IMG/VR virus record: IMGVR_UViG_3300048024_000800
Location: 1-64,000 of that record
Reading direction: 5' to 3' (one strand)
Origin: a virus
Taxonomy: Duplodnaviria > Caudoviricetes
Length of the DNA: 64,000 bases
The position numbers were made by a program, and so were the translations under genes. Positions 41,001 to 50,050 of this stretch are shown here, piece by piece. Within the stretch, counting starts at the first letter, position 1. Each line of letters starts with the position of its first letter. The notes under the pieces are model-generated. The model did no database searches, was not told the origin of the DNA, and worked only from the letters and a program-made list of their open reading frames with translations.

Positions 41001-43673
41001 GCTTATCCTAATAAAGATACGTTTTACATTTATATGGCAAGTTTTGATCCAGACTTTCGGGATTTTTATTTCTGGTACAAAGATGAAGGTCTTGCTCTGG
41101 TGCAGTCTGGGGGTTCTTTGGGTCTAGGTATTAAACTTTATAGACATATACTGCCAGCAGCTTACGACGCTACGACCACCTACGTCGCGGGAGCCCTAGT
41201 CGCTGATCCGGTAGATAGCAAGTATTATAAAAGCACAAATGGAGCAGCTGCCGGAGGAGGAGTTCCTTCTTCAACCGCTGGATGGACAGTTGCTGACGAC
41301 ATTTCGTCTTATGGTTGGTATTTTTTACTAAAGGATAATAATTCTGAAATTAAGTTGTATCATTATAACACTCAACAATTGCATTCACCGATTAGCGTGT
41401 CGGTTGATACGGATGGCGATGGAGTGGATGACTATTTGGACCTGGATGACGATGGCGATGGAATCCCAGATGTTGATGACGACTTTCCGCTAGATTCCAC
41501 AGAAGATACTGATACAGACGGTGACAATATAGGAGATAATGCAGACACAGATGATGATAACGATGGAACCCTAGATGTTAACGACGATTATCCTCTTGAT
41601 CCAAATAAAGCGTCAGGAACTGATACTGACGGAGATGGGCAAGACGATGAATTTGACGAAGATGATGATGGTGATGGGCTATTAGATATAAACGATAACT
41701 TTTCGTTAGACGCTCAGCAAGCTCAAGCGATCACTTGGAACAATAATACTTCTCACAACTTGAATGCTGGTTCGTTTTCTTTGGAAGCTACTAGCACCTC
41801 AGGACTCACGCTTTCGTACACAAGTAGCAACACATCAATTGCAACAGTAAATTCAAGCGGGTTGGTGACACCGCTAACAGGTGGAGCATTTACAATAACA
41901 ATATCTGCGCCAGCCAATGCAAGTTACTTTGCAGCTTCTTTGACTACTGCTTCGATCACTGTGATTGATGACGTAACTGATACTGATGACGATGGAATTC
42001 CAGATTCTTCTGATCCATTTCCAAACCAGGTAGCTCAAACGATCTCTTGGAACAATAGTACTTCTCACAACTTGAGTGACGGCCCTTTTTCTTTGGAAGC
42101 TTCTACCGATTCAGTAGTCACGCTTACGTACGCAAGTAGCAACACATCAATTGCAACAGTAGATGCAAGTGGATTGGTGACACCGCTAACAGGCGGAGCA
42201 TTTACAATAACAATATCTGCACCAGCCAATGCAGGTTACTTTGCAGCTTCTTTGACTTCTGCTTCGATCACTGTGATTGATGATGTAACTGATACTGATG
42301 GGGATGGAGTGGTTGATCTGAATGATAACTTTCCAAACAATCCTAACCGCGCAAGCGGAACGGACACTGATGGTGATGGTATAGATGACGAATTTGAGAT
42401 TTTTACCCCAGTAGACGAAGCGCAACTTAAAACTGCCGTGGACGAGTGGATTGACGATGAAGCGTCTGCGGTGATAAAGTATAAAGATATTAATACGTGG
42501 AACGTAAGTAATGTAACGAACATGAGAGCTATGTTTCACAGTGCAACATCTTTTAATCAAGACATAAGCTCCTGGGACGTTAGTAATGTGACAGATATGG
42601 CTTACATGTTTTACAAAGCAACATCTTTTAATCAAGACATAAGTTCTTGGAATGTTAGTAATGTGACAAGTATGATAGACATGTTTAATGGAGCAGCATC
42701 TTTTGATCAAGACCTTAGTAGTTGGGATTTCGGCCCACGCGCTAATGGCTTTGGACCCAATATGCATGATATGTTTGAGTATAACAGCGTGTTTGGGGGT
42801 CCACGATTAAGTGTGTTTAATTATGATGCACTATTGAATTCAATTAAAAATCACGTTGAGGCTGCGGATGGGTATTCAGGCGGTTTAAATGGAGGAGGCT
42901 CTTATTATTCAATCAACGGATTGGCGGCAAGGAATTATCTCAGCACAGGAGTCTGGGCCCCATACGAGTGGGATTGGGCCGTTCAAGATTGGGGACAACT
43001 GAAGACTGCAGGTCTTTCTTTAAGCTTTGATACAAAAACATTAACCATTGAAGATAATAACTATAACACTCACAATCTTTACGCTTGGTTCCAGTGGCAA
43101 TGCGACTTGGCTGGGAAAGATGTGGCGTGGAACCGCACTGGCAACGCTCTTGATCTAGGCGACTGGAACATACTCATAACAGGTTATTCAAGATACACTG
43201 GCGACATGACAACGACGGGAATCATTACTGTAGACGTGCCGTTATATATATATGAGACTTATGGTCAGGCATTTGCGGGAAATAGGACAGACGCGAACGG
43301 ACTATTTAGAAGTTTACATCCCCAAGTCTCTTTTGACCCCGTTACTAAAATAGTCACTACTAAGTTCTTCCCTGGTCCTGATGGCGCTTACGAGACTTGG
43401 AGTACGGTTGTCTCCAGTGAATCGCATAGTTTTGCTAAAATATACAGCGCAGGGTTATATTCTAGCGGTGAGGTGATCGGTTATTATGGTAGCGGGGGTG
43501 GTGAAGTTGTCTTCCAGTCCGACGCGTTAGACAGCTCGTTTAACGGAGAATATAAATTTACATTTTCCGGAAAAAGTAAAAACCCCTATACAGGCACCTT
43601 TATAGCGAGCCAACCCATGCATTATGTCTCGTCAGGGGAAGAGGTGTTTCTTACAATAAATATACAGACCTAA
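32082..43673 (+). CDS. Giant mosaic central tail fibre/adhesin (~3860 aa): FnIII-like, CBM5/12-like repeats, gpJ C-terminal-like region, fibre repeats, GGGxN repeats, TSP3, two Big-2 Ig domains, DUF285/BspA-like repeats; start reassigned to 32082
   Basis: Motifs Y.VGDLV.Y....[28 protein letters not shown] repeats, [22 protein letters not shown]...[14 protein letters not shown]. Confidence 0.85.
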   Translation: MATTILGLKFKVNDLSARYEVVGTSDNYSFSYDLGKGEDLVESSVNNQYSKSIDLLGNYGVFNVRVFAETSLGIRSQFIEENVVISPPSFGGTYTFSKIQMSSLGKDFDPFINKAASQQDNLLNCSSVFAGRHVNIKWEVSPPPGHPLEGQSISSELMSDPFFDHFELSLKSGNPGLDISSLSSSEPLMNTLKTEEVNEALSNYRENFLNIDNYIFEDLDLARNLDLQIVCVDSLGDTCTGLISGFNPAPVLSSFSNSTSSSKTSFSWSSEDFDFRNVQVSYLAVPDGHSIYDDQDLQNSILHLESLSAAKEYIALPDFSYQVGDLALYSDDNVYRATQDHIVDSLNGPGNLNFWEEVGPKVNFHSDTETVNLNFFENVQLWGFNYYYSLLPFDEFGAGDVFNVTSEGLSRKGEGGELRSFNTSVAISDLNFRERGDDLVFSWGFFDEKGNKLDLTDYRVKSDSIDASEQLFVQAYIFDVDTLDVVYDIDPLDPSIFDYFEYNRDLNNSIYLQGGFPPYAQEFDPGQVYSPDGSNNCAFIEGQYKIFKSVAQNSFTSPYVRPYYKDWISENNYYSVSDENIVKYDGALYKVIQDIGPLAPSVVGFFNEEFLSENSEYYSIGDLVFAPDIDIEIFNPSLSFNVGELVFYRGSVYRCLSSQSKGNAIYPNLDSEFWRKENPVEDFSCSVFKLIYDSSIEPMGVSPASVNSGWERVTPNNNSDYFSLFAGPFNYNVVEWSEDYDFYEGDFTVYGNDIWICLAPNRSQRPPEYSSSWSNQIFSSDSNSFQDIVADYKFEDIVFHNDQVYKCLSDNPTGAPISAISEPNRSSLSNYLDSQWIPFWEEDLSDYGNVFGHVGIPESGKRDIGIDVSLVNLNGDILDSSRIIATNPPPRILPQGFSVDSTSMASRVRFNFNYDQGFQEKTTKVNLYRSSFPDFDITGSDKFPLEHIGADSTFVKSVLGAGDATFGDNITEIFDDPPLYVNSEGIEEATGYYYKILPFDDFGSGDLFGVNPSNDGGLDKIIVYPKNFHSQNPTDPIGEIPKASQPNLGPDGGIILYESIPGPAQNLTGDTAFVNYFLNWDMPTSERDENDNFVKRVPNDIDYYEIWESTGKYINYSLDGGVSSSFLNQTTNLNGYRRIIGDLESYGDVPLEAIDIAESIVGAKNIFDVDARSLSLETTYKGEVNDRRYFWVRPVDFAGNKGPFTGAKNFDGEYVEGLELTLGQAKTTDIADFEQNITKTFPNTVALVPNNPFKNQDPNSSSISWESHYLYNNGTGYYISAGSTDDKFLYFTGSSLELTEDQKKEELKLGQAGGGTLDDSKNNPLRNVVFTGDYDSVNYHPAGQGQGTDDELPAVVDDSDFIIARNVNGIASPMWHAFANALIGSAHIENAAITNAKIHNLTADKIRSAEIKGQDIQVGLGGGSGQIRSAGFDGLADTGKGFVVSGDGSFVFAADDGRLHFDDGELVLEGKLKQVDGKEYTFIDLDASPDSFFYSELSDGTYVSDEPQTCEIRASFQNSFVQENQVRFRVSNPNNGYEFIKYSDFDDDPTTYGKYNISGFKYDPTDGDFVGGEPKVATAEFNVTGFNQMINTVDPQLTTIIVSASGLNTSTERSIPINFVADGAAAVYVELAATQQVFEYDSDGNELATNSDPTLTATAYNADGLIYYNFISGGLSLQNSVSNYYQVTGIPEKFEDMPIAFSVDISGQDDSSILASDRFTFFGTHPGKDSYTVFLTNENHTYPANENGLVHPDDLEVGKTQVRFFRGTGEYRYDQAGSADKSFSLVSVTSSHQNVVTHSEDPQGVGVDRKLFVKMAAYPDDKNEGTFTIKVKDNQYSDVTFEKIYTYSKSIEAAKGRTVELSAGAQAIKYDTAGDNPTQNQTVEITAFATNFIAAAQYEFFIGNTKIQNKNVGATIEINIPATHDGTATTSNPDDPTNSATYNLPVTIECKAYDTTKNDTGDVIDTNPRATDQITIFGLKEGSNAITVIQSQQFVNVPVKNDSSGGVTDVDVSNTENILTVFDGTNQLNYKSGSVPTDIDDGDIGFYVAATSSSLTVTSGAVTGPPKQFKTSIAQASDWFTSENSAKINYAITVIDHDEQKRELDAEQNLVKTFDGTIARKVDLTADDQTIEYDSAGNTDSGQKITLTATAHNTIGDVYYKYTVTDSSGAVVDNSLDVSGFNKDDTEVKYTVPQVIGGPVKIKVEISEKSDGSVVLATDEITIYSLKNGSDVITAILSNEAHSLTKDFEGIITSTGSGTDIKVFQGTQELTFVAGTVNPSGENTFTVEDSTIGGVTNGSMAQHADQDKKYCVVEPHDFSSFTGQSATITYTIKFKNDVGETGTITKQQTFSISQEGEHARKVDLTGDQAVKYNTAGSSPDPDEITLTATALNQRSSSTLLYRYSLVGNTIGTLKEGNSTYNEEFISENTIKYNPPDNKFKVATVMVEMREDGTDVAKDTLSIYGIQDGSDVITAILSNEAHTLPKNFNNIVDYSGSGTTIQVYQGTTELAVVDDSTTLSAGKYKISTAAAGIQANRSTTTLNEFDNASNLTADAASITFTIEGKDSDGKDFSIVKTQTFSISAQGILGNRGVGITFRGVYDPTEEEYIGAVDGGNRGDVVEYNGSYYLCIQDNGTKAGLSVKNPTDGAYWEGFGAEFSSVATDILLAQDAAITRSLVMGKNTKDPSGSGGVIRSANKTGFGDGNEGFFLGDTDVVEFEVGDSDSFIKFDTDSDRVEIKGSLIINSRDDSNLNINSIDGEDATFIGGGYNNSISGLGSSIVGGGENDISGRFSFIGGGFNNNMGDNFSAIVAGYNNEMPNTGELHQGANLIGAGIHNIIDGGTSQTIVNGSENLIHQTGNVGDELVAFDGQQGWLSPGFLGTFSGYGGGGLAYNKSANFVDGLAGWVENSWWPSYKKDWGVNTLSNVFYIGSNRGISQGAWVYHTDLKWCNFSDQSSEVYNDAEYRIYDSLYGKAYPNKDTFYIYMASFDPDFRDFYFWYKDEGLALVQSGGSLGLGIKLYRHILPAAYDATTTYVAGALVADPVDSKYYKSTNGAAAGGGVPSSTAGWTVADDISSYGWYFLLKDNNSEIKLYHYNTQQLHSPISVSVDTDGDGVDDYLDLDDDGDGIPDVDDDFPLDSTEDTDTDGDNIGDNADTDDDNDGTLDVNDDYPLDPNKASGTDTDGDGQDDEFDEDDDGDGLLDINDNFSLDAQQAQAITWNNNTSHNLNAGSFSLEATSTSGLTLSYTSSNTSIATVNSSGLVTPLTGGAFTITISAPANASYFAASLTTASITVIDDVTDTDDDGIPDSSDPFPNQVAQTISWNNSTSHNLSDGPFSLEASTDSVVTLTYASSNTSIATVDASGLVTPLTGGAFTITISAPANAGYFAASLTSASITVIDDVTDTDGDGVVDLNDNFPNNPNRASGTDTDGDGIDDEFEIFTPVDEAQLKTAVDEWIDDEASAVIKYKDINTWNVSNVTNMRAMFHSATSFNQDISSWDVSNVTDMAYMFYKATSFNQDISSWNVSNVTSMIDMFNGAASFDQDLSSWDFGPRANGFGPNMHDMFEYNSVFGGPRLSVFNYDALLNSIKNHVEAADGYSGGLNGGGSYYSINGLAARNYLSTGVWAPYEWDWAVQDWGQLKTAGLSLSFDTKTLTIEDNNYNTHNLYAWFQWQCDLAGKDVAWNRTGNALDLGDWNILITGYSRYTGDMTTTGIITVDVPLYIYETYGQAFAGNRTDANGLFRSLHPQVSFDPVTKIVTTKFFPGPDGAYETWSTVVSSESHSFAKIYSAGLYSSGEVIGYYGSGGGEVVFQSDALDSSFNGEYKFTFSGKSKNPYTGTFIASQPMHYVSSGEEVFLTINIQT
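41151..41296 (+). repeat. 146-bp dispersed repeat, copy 2
   Basis: Encodes [49 protein letters not shown]; ~93% identical to the reverse complement of 5401..5546. Confidence 0.92.
41720..42300 (+). repeat. Tandem duplication of a ~300-bp Ig-like (Big-2) module
   Basis: caagtagcaacacatcaattgcaacagta and ggagcatttacaataacaatatctgc...ttactttgcagcttctttgact each occur twice. Confidence 0.88.
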
Positions 43674-43692
43674 TAATGAAAGAAATTAAAAA

Positions 43693-44607
43693 ATGACAAC
43701 TTCTTCCCCAACATCAACGCAAGGTTTCAGTGATTATTATAATGATAATAATTTCATTGGCGCTGGAGTAGATAATCAAATAATAAACAGCTCGAGATGC
43801 TCAATTCTTCAGGGCTCTTCTAGTTTTATTAGCGGTAAATATAATTGCCATGCAGTAGGTGATTATCTGGGCGTAGGCTCTCTTCAGCTTGAGGATAATA
43901 CTTTTAATATAGGTTGCTTTAACGGAACTTATTCATGGGGGCCAATATTCGCAAAAAGAGGACTATCTGTTACTCATGATGCTATGTTTGGTGGGGAGGT
44001 TAGAATTGGCGGAAGTAGCAATAGGCATATTCAGCCTTCAGGTTTTTTTCCTGATAATTCATGGTTGGACATGGAAAACGGTTACTTTAAGGGTGGAAAC
44101 GACTTTGGTTATGTAGATTTTGATGCTCAAATGGACCTAGAAGACATGACTCAAAGATGGGCAGTGAGAATACATAATGGCTTTATAGAGGAAGATAGCG
44201 ATACAAGTTCTGATCTTTTTATAACCACCGACCCCTCCCAAACCCAGAAGCTTTCTAATTTGAACGTTCAAGGAGATGTAATTTCTTTTTCTTCCTCTGA
44301 TAGGAATTTAAAAGATAATATTTCTTTGATAGAAAACCCTCTCGATAAAGTTTTATCTCTTGATGCTATAGAATTTGACTGGAATTCTAACCAGCATGCA
44401 TACAGAGGTCACGATCTCGGGTTGATTGCTCAACAGGTAGAAGAGGTTGCTCCAGAGTTGGTGGTCACCAGAAGTGATGGATACAAGGCAATTAAATATG
44501 ATAAAATAAATTCTTTAATTGTTGGAGCTATACAAGAACAACAAAAGAAAATAGAATTTTTAGAAAAAAGGCTTGAAAGTCTGGAGCGGCGGTCTAGTCG
44601 TTCATAA
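43693..44607 (+). CDS. Tail fibre protein with C-terminal intramolecular chaperone (peptidase S74) domain
   Basis: SSDRNLKDNI...F.W...GLIAQQVEEVAPELV...AIKYDKI..LIVGAIQE plus terminal coiled coil. Confidence 0.88.
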   Translation: MTTSSPTSTQGFSDYYNDNNFIGAGVDNQIINSSRCSILQGSSSFISGKYNCHAVGDYLGVGSLQLEDNTFNIGCFNGTYSWGPIFAKRGLSVTHDAMFGGEVRIGGSSNRHIQPSGFFPDNSWLDMENGYFKGGNDFGYVDFDAQMDLEDMTQRWAVRIHNGFIEEDSDTSSDLFITTDPSQTQKLSNLNVQGDVISFSSSDRNLKDNISLIENPLDKVLSLDAIEFDWNSNQHAYRGHDLGLIAQQVEEVAPELVVTRSDGYKAIKYDKINSLIVGAIQEQQKKIEFLEKRLESLERRSSRS

Positions 44608-45421
44608 CTTTCATTAACACTCTAGCTTGCGTCGCAGGTATATCTGAAAAGTCATTCCATTCTTTTACTGAATCGTTTTTGTATTTTCCATCTTTCCACC
44701 AATCTCTAAGATAAACTTTAAATTCTTCAAAGCTTGAGCAGTTTAATTTTTCTTTGGCTAGGTTTTCTATCATTGAGTGGGGGGTAAGTGATGGAGATGA
44801 ATTTGATTGTCCAGAGAATGACTTGTTATTCGATTTATCTATTTCATCGTCCCCTACAATGTGGACGTTTAAGAAATTTCTCACGCATCTAACAAACGCT
44901 CTATTGCAAGCTATTGTTTCAAGGAATTTTGTAGCAAAGCTACTGGTATTATTTAGGGTAGCGTTCGCCATATCTTGAAACTCAACAGCTTTGTTTCCTG
45001 TTTCATAGTTTGGTAAAAATTTTATTTTGCAAACTGCTGCTACGTGGTCTTGTTCACATTTAACTATGTCATAAGAAACATCCAAAAAACCTCTAAGCTT
45101 TGCGAGTTCTTTTATTCCGCTTAGTTTTATTAATAGTTGGTGATCTCCCAGTCCAACTACGCTCCTTGGCATATCTTTTTTTCTTAAATCAAACCATGAT
45201 TTGTTCGGAAATAAATGCTCATCTTTTATCATTGATCTCCAGTTTACTGATCCATCTTCTGCGAATTCATAATCAACGTTATCTAATAAGCCAAATTGAT
45301 TTCTGCAGAATTTTCCTGGCCCATCTTTATAGTTTTTGATATAGTTCTTGGGTTTTTCTTTTATTTCTGCGGTTGATTCGAGAGTTACTGAGTTGTCTGT
45401 GGCTGATTTTGATTTTGTCAT
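44594..45421 (-). CDS. Putative Rad52/Sak-like single-strand annealing protein
   Basis: IKL.GIKELA..RG...V.Y........A.C.I.F...A.A...N.....ETIA.NRAFVR.VR..LN...VG.DEI layout resembles the Rad52 fold. Confidence 0.5.
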   Translation of the reverse strand: MTKSKSATDNSVTLESTAEIKEKPKNYIKNYKDGPGKFCRNQFGLLDNVDYEFAEDGSVNWRSMIKDEHLFPNKSWFDLRKKDMPRSVVGLGDHQLLIKLSGIKELAKLRGFLDVSYDIVKCEQDHVAAVCKIKFLPNYETGNKAVEFQDMANATLNNTSSFATKFLETIACNRAFVRCVRNFLNVHIVGDDEIDKSNNKSFSGQSNSSPSLTPHSMIENLAKEKLNCSSFEEFKVYLRDWWKDGKYKNDSVKEWNDFSDIPATQARVLMKVMND

Positions 45422-46581
45422 TATTTGCGTTCGTTATAAATTTTTATTATGTTCAAGTCTTCCCAGAATTCTTCACAATCAATAATTTCATTATGATTTC
45501 CTGGTTTGTCGTACTTCCATGCAGCCTTACTGTTGTATATTTGGCCTCCTGATACTATTTTCATTGAACATTTATAACGAGAATTATCGCATAGTTTTTC
45601 TGATTTGTCAAGATCTTTTTTTGTTTTTGGTTGTTGTAGTAAAATATTCCAATCAAAAAACTTAACTCTTATATTGTTTATATTTTTTTTATCTTTGCTT
45701 ATTAAATTAAATTTTATATTTGATCTTTCTAATAATCTAAAATAGTTTTCATTATCTTCTTCTGATACATAGTAATTTATATAGTTTATGTTATCCTTTA
45801 TTATATTGAGGTATTTTATTTGCATGGGTTTATCTAGGAAAATATTGCATTTTCTGTCGTATGCCCATTTAACTATATTTTCTTCATCAAAGCATTCGTT
45901 GCCCCATATGTTTACTGCTTGACCCTCCGCGAATGAGGACGGCATGATGTGGTTTGGCACAACAGATATAGAGCTTTTGTGGTACTCCACTCCAGTGTGT
46001 ATTGTTTCTATTTTATCTAGATCATTCTTTATTTTTAATAAATTTAATACACCCAAAGCTATCTCCTCTGGCTTGATTAGGTTAACTGTTTTGGGGAACT
46101 CTTTACTTGAAAAGGAGGGCTTTAATCCTTTTCTGTCTGACTCTATTAATATTTGATTATTTTTGTCGCCCCAATAAGGGCCGCAACATTCTTTATATAG
46201 TATGCTATATAGGCACACTATTTTTTTATTATATCCTGATGCTATATGTGTGCTAAATGAATCATTTCCGAAGTGTAGTAGAGAGTTTTTTATTAAGTAA
46301 GCTGTTTGCCTTATTGAGGTCTTCCCGTGAAAGTTTGTGCATCCAGGTATACCTTTGTCGTCTTTTCCTCCTATTTGTATAATTTTTATCCCCATTTTTC
46401 TTAGGTAGGGTTCAATTATTAAGATTACATCTTCAAAGTAGTCGTAGTTTTTTGATTCCATTCCGCTGCTTGCATGCAACGTTATGTATTTATCATGCGG
46501 AACCGGAAAAAAAAGAGGTTCTATGTGAGGAGTATCTATCTTAACTCCGCAGGAAAGCGCATATTGTTCTATTAAGTGCAT
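45421..46581 (-). CDS. Glycosyltransferase family 9-like, C-terminal half plus extension
   Basis: HLIEQYA, YITLHASSG..KNY, IIQIGG..D, HFGNDSFSTHIA. Confidence 0.75.
   Translation of the reverse strand: MHLIEQYALSCGVKIDTPHIEPLFFPVPHDKYITLHASSGMESKNYDYFEDVILIIEPYLRKMGIKIIQIGGKDDKGIPGCTNFHGKTSIRQTAYLIKNSLLHFGNDSFSTHIASGYNKKIVCLYSILYKECCGPYWGDKNNQILIESDRKGLKPSFSSKEFPKTVNLIKPEEIALGVLNLLKIKNDLDKIETIHTGVEYHKSSISVVPNHIMPSSFAEGQAVNIWGNECFDEENIVKWAYDRKCNIFLDKPMQIKYLNIIKDNINYINYYVSEEDNENYFRLLERSNIKFNLISKDKKNINNIRVKFFDWNILLQQPKTKKDLDKSEKLCDNSRYKCSMKIVSGGQIYNSKAAWKYDKPGNHNEIIDCEEFWEDLNIIKIYNERK
45583..45611 (-). promoter_or_regulatory. Internal sigma70-type promoter for the Rad52-like gene
   Basis: TTGACA-17 nt-GATAAT with TGn extension, inside the coding sequence (LDKSEKLCDN), ~160 nt upstream of ATG 45421. 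Confidence 0.55.
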
Positions 46582-48476
46582 ATGTCGAATTGTATTTTAT
46601 CTTTTCCGTTGTGCATGTAATTTAACATCCTTTGAGTTCCTATGAAGGGCAAAAAAGCTATTTCAAAGAAACCTTCGTGATCTCCGTGCCCTTCCATTAC
46701 TGTAAGGTTATCTAAATTCTTATCGTAGGGTATAACCTTATGTATATAAGGATTTCCTTCTAGTACTTCGAAATACTCCTTTTTCGTTGCAAAGTAAATA
46801 TTTAAATCCGGATAAGTCTCTTTTATGTTTTTTAGTAAAGAGGTGCATAGATATACATCCCCTATGCTTTCGGGCATCGATATTAAAAGCCTTTTTCCTT
46901 TATCGTCCTCACTTAAAAGCTCAGAGAAATTTATGTTTTTATTTTTTTCATTATCTTTTGCTGCTACCTGCTTAAAGTATTTTAATATTTCATCCCTGGT
47001 GGCGCCTTCGGATAATTTTTTTGACCAATGCTTGTGCCCATCATCAGATTCTTTAATTTCCATATCTAGGATATTTCTATAAATATCTTTTAACCAATCA
47101 GATTGATCCTCTATCTCTGGAGGGTTATATTCAGGGTTTTTAGGTTTTGATTTAAAATCAAAATCCCAATCTGGAGCATCCATATTATCTAGAAGTAGCT
47201 CCAGTTTTTTTCCTATAGATTCTATTCCGTAATTTTTTATTGTAAAATCTCTAGCTTTCCTACCAAGCTCTTCTCTTTTACTGTTACTCATTCTGAATAC
47301 TTTTCTTAATTGACTGGCTATACTGTCAGGACTGGTGCTAGCTTTGATAAACTGGGTGCCCGGTTCTCTATATTCAGTCCAGCTAAGCGGTAGGCCTGCC
47401 GAGTCTTTGGTGCAGCAATCTTCTCCGCAGCTATAATTTGTTACTAGAGTTATCAACTCTGTTAGCTTCGCTTCTTGTATAGGTATCTCTTGACCCCCGC
47501 TTGTAAATGGGTGGCAATAGACGTCCATGCAGTTATATATCTGATTTAACTGAATTTCACTAACCCCTAGTTTAGCATTTGTTGTGTTTTGGCTTTTCTT
47601 TGAACCGCAAAAAGGGCAATCTTCTTCCTCTTTCGAGAAACTTTTTATCTCGAAGTTTTTGCAATTAGAGCATATATAAGTAGTTAATACTCTGGATGGA
47701 TCTATTTTTTTCTCCTTGATTAACCTCGGGATATCCCAGCCCTCTGACCAGCTAGTGTGTAATAGTAATTTAGCTGATGAGTTTGGATTTTGGTTACAAA
47801 AAATCTTGAATCCTTCAAGTAGATTTGGGACGCTCTTTCTTAATTGGTTTCTAAAAACGAAACCTATCACAAAGTCTTTATCTATTTTAAAGAAGTTTCT
47901 TATCTTCTTTCTATCTTGATCCTCTAACTTTTTAAAGTTTGAGGTGTCTAGAGCTCCATGTAGAGTTTTTACATGATCGTGACCTAATTTATTTAAAGCT
48001 TTTGACGCGAAGGATGACCACGTAAAATAGTTTTTAATCTCTGGGGCAACTTTCTCTGCTTCGGGTAGTATTGGCAGGCTGTCTAAAGTAGTCCAGATCA
48101 TGCAATTTATTTTGTTCCACCATTTCTTTTCTGTATATCCTGAGAAGGCCCATATGTCTTCTATACCTATGTAAACATCAGGTTTCTCCTGTTCAATTAT
48201 CTTGTCAATCGTGTGGGTTCCGTAGCTGGCGCTTCTTGCTAAACTTGGATCTTCTTTTAATTTTCTTAATAAAGATGGATTGTTGGGGAGAGAGCCCTCA
48301 CACTTCCATGGCAAGTTTTTTAAAGACGCGTCTCCCCATTGTATGCCGTTTGAGAACTCTACTATATCATACTTTCCTGTTTTTTGTAAGTAGAGTAGTA
48401 TATTTTTTGTATGCTTTCCGAATCCAGTAAAAGCTTTACAGTGATTGGAGTGTATTAAGATTTTTTTTTTATTCAT
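46572..48476 (-). CDS. GT4-like glycosyltransferase with CxxC-CxxC insert, DUF4214-like helix module and C-terminal GT9 N-terminal half
   Basis: TGFG, VFRNQLRK.VP.L, YNCMDVY.HP..SGGQEIP..EA; CSNC...CPFC; SIGDVYL.TSL..NIKE.YP...EGNPYI.KV. Confidence 0.8.
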   Translation of the reverse strand: MNKKKILIHSNHCKAFTGFGKHTKNILLYLQKTGKYDIVEFSNGIQWGDASLKNLPWKCEGSLPNNPSLLRKLKEDPSLARSASYGTHTIDKIIEQEKPDVYIGIEDIWAFSGYTEKKWWNKINCMIWTTLDSLPILPEAEKVAPEIKNYFTWSSFASKALNKLGHDHVKTLHGALDTSNFKKLEDQDRKKIRNFFKIDKDFVIGFVFRNQLRKSVPNLLEGFKIFCNQNPNSSAKLLLHTSWSEGWDIPRLIKEKKIDPSRVLTTYICSNCKNFEIKSFSKEEEDCPFCGSKKSQNTTNAKLGVSEIQLNQIYNCMDVYCHPFTSGGQEIPIQEAKLTELITLVTNYSCGEDCCTKDSAGLPLSWTEYREPGTQFIKASTSPDSIASQLRKVFRMSNSKREELGRKARDFTIKNYGIESIGKKLELLLDNMDAPDWDFDFKSKPKNPEYNPPEIEDQSDWLKDIYRNILDMEIKESDDGHKHWSKKLSEGATRDEILKYFKQVAAKDNEKNKNINFSELLSEDDKGKRLLISMPESIGDVYLCTSLLKNIKETYPDLNIYFATKKEYFEVLEGNPYIHKVIPYDKNLDNLTVMEGHGDHEGFFEIAFLPFIGTQRMLNYMHNGKDKIQFDICT

Positions 48477-49126
48477 TAAAACGGAGCATCCTCTGAGGGC
48501 GTCGGTTTTTCGGTTTTATTATTTGCGCCATCACAAGAAATGTTTAGTAGTTTTTGAAGCATACCTAATCCTCCAGCTAGATAATCTTGGGGCCTATTAT
48601 CGCTTTTATCTCGATAGCTTTGCATCTTTTTATGATCCTCTATTCTTCTGTGCTCGTAGAGACAATGAAGGTAATGTTTAAAAAATTCGGCTAGATTCTC
48701 TACCTCGCCGGGTTCTAGTGGTATTCTGAAATTTTGACTTCCATTTCTAGTTAGGGTTATTCCGAAGGCAGGAAGAGTTACCCATTTTTCAGAATCTGCG
48801 GTTTTTATTTTTGACTTCTTGTCCCAGGGGGTAAATTTTATTGAAGTCTTGTTGTCTTCAAATGCATGAAAAGATGAGAATTCGTTCCTGTTTTTAAACG
48901 CGCTTATTACTCCGCCTATTTCAAATTCAGTAAATTTTATATTTATTTTTTTATCTGGATCATTCGCATTTTGAGAAAAGCTTCCCGTTTTTGTTTTGTC
49001 GTTCCAACTGTGCTGTTGAATGGCGTTTGCGTAAACAACCGGCTCTTTCTTTTTGTTATGACCTATTGAGAAATTGAAAGCACAACCTGCGTTTTTGCTG
49101 TTTGGTTTGTATAAAGATAATGACAT
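48476..49126 (-). CDS. Putative ssDNA-binding protein with SSB-like acidic C-terminal tip
   Basis: Beta-rich aromatic N-domain, low-complexity linker, ends EDAPF; has its own sigma70-like promoter. Confidence 0.45.
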   Translation of the reverse strand: MSLSLYKPNSKNAGCAFNFSIGHNKKKEPVVYANAIQQHSWNDKTKTGSFSQNANDPDKKINIKFTEFEIGGVISAFKNRNEFSSFHAFEDNKTSIKFTPWDKKSKIKTADSEKWVTLPAFGITLTRNGSQNFRIPLEPGEVENLAEFFKHYLHCLYEHRRIEDHKKMQSYRDKSDNRPQDYLAGGLGMLQKLLNISCDGANNKTEKPTPSEDAPF

Positions 49127-49147
49127 GATGTTAAAGATATTTTAATA

Positions 49148-49175
49148 ATAATAACATTCATATTTGTTTTGTCAA
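49148..49175 (-). promoter_or_regulatory. Sigma70-type promoter
   Basis: TTGACA-16 nt-TATTAT with TGn extension; the -35 overlaps the upstream gene's TGA stop. Confidence 0.5.
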
Positions 49176-50050
49176 CTATCAATTAATTCTATGTCGTGAC
49201 ACCAGTCTTCTTCGTTGTATAGCGCGTCATACTTTCTGTAGCTAGATGTCCATATGTGATTTGGTAAATCGCGTATTCTTATTATGTCAAAATGTTTTTT
49301 CATTAGTTCTGTGCATTTTTTTTCATCTAGCACGCCAACCCTTTTTAAGTTTTTGTCCCAAAAGCTTTCTATTATAGCTCGACACAGTAGCTGTTCTGGA
49401 AATTGAGATATCCTTTTTTTATTGCAAAGCTCTGTTGATAGTTTAAACACGTCAAGCATCCTTGTTCGCTCTCCAGCTACAATATGATCGGATGGGTGGA
49501 ATTTGTTCTGCCTTGAGAATCTAAAATAGATATTCGAAGTTATTATTTTGAACCATTGATATTCTCCGTTTTTTTTATTTATGTGAGAGTTGTTTATTAA
49601 TTTTGATATGAATGGCTCTAGGGTTGGGTAACTCTCGTCAGATCTAACTTTTATACAAAAGAAACCTGTCGCCTTTTTGATTCCGCTTAATGTCGTTATG
49701 TTTTGGTATATCCATGGGGCTTGTTTTCCTGGCTTTTTATTTTTAACTTTTACGTTTTTATATTTATTGACTACGATTTTTATTTTATCTTTGTAATTAT
49801 CTAGTCTTGATAGGTCATCTGTGTCCCAACAACTTACTATAACTTCTCCGTAGCGTAAATAGTTATTTATGGTGCTTATTGATCTTTCGTGAAGTGGTCC
49901 TTGTATTATTATTGATACTGTTCTTTCGCGCTTTTCGAATCTTTTTAATATTCCTTTTTGTAGCGATATCGAAAAATTAGTAAAACTCGAAACGAAACTT
50001 AGTTCTTGCCCTTCCTTGTTTTTTAATTTGTGTGGGTTCCATTCGTTCAT
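49172..50050 (-). CDS. WavE-like lipopolysaccharide synthesis protein
   Basis: SIIIQGP, IVSCW, Q..TTL.G, IKVRSDE, FHPSDH..G, PEQ. Confidence 0.75.
   Translation of the reverse strand: MNEWNPHKLKNKEGQELSFVSSFTNFSISLQKGILKRFEKRERTVSIIIQGPLHERSISTINNYLRYGEVIVSCWDTDDLSRLDNYKDKIKIVVNKYKNVKVKNKKPGKQAPWIYQNITTLSGIKKATGFFCIKVRSDESYPTLEPFISKLINNSHINKKNGEYQWFKIITSNIYFRFSRQNKFHPSDHIVAGERTRMLDVFKLSTELCNKKRISQFPEQLLCRAIIESFWDKNLKRVGVLDEKKCTELMKKHFDIIRIRDLPNHIWTSSYRKYDALYNEEDWCHDIELIDS

Noticed and set aside
5401-41296. 146-bp repeat pair as a diversity-generating retroelement TR/VR
   Set aside because: Mismatches are not confined to adenines in either copy, both copies are inside coding regions, and no reverse transcriptase is in the window.
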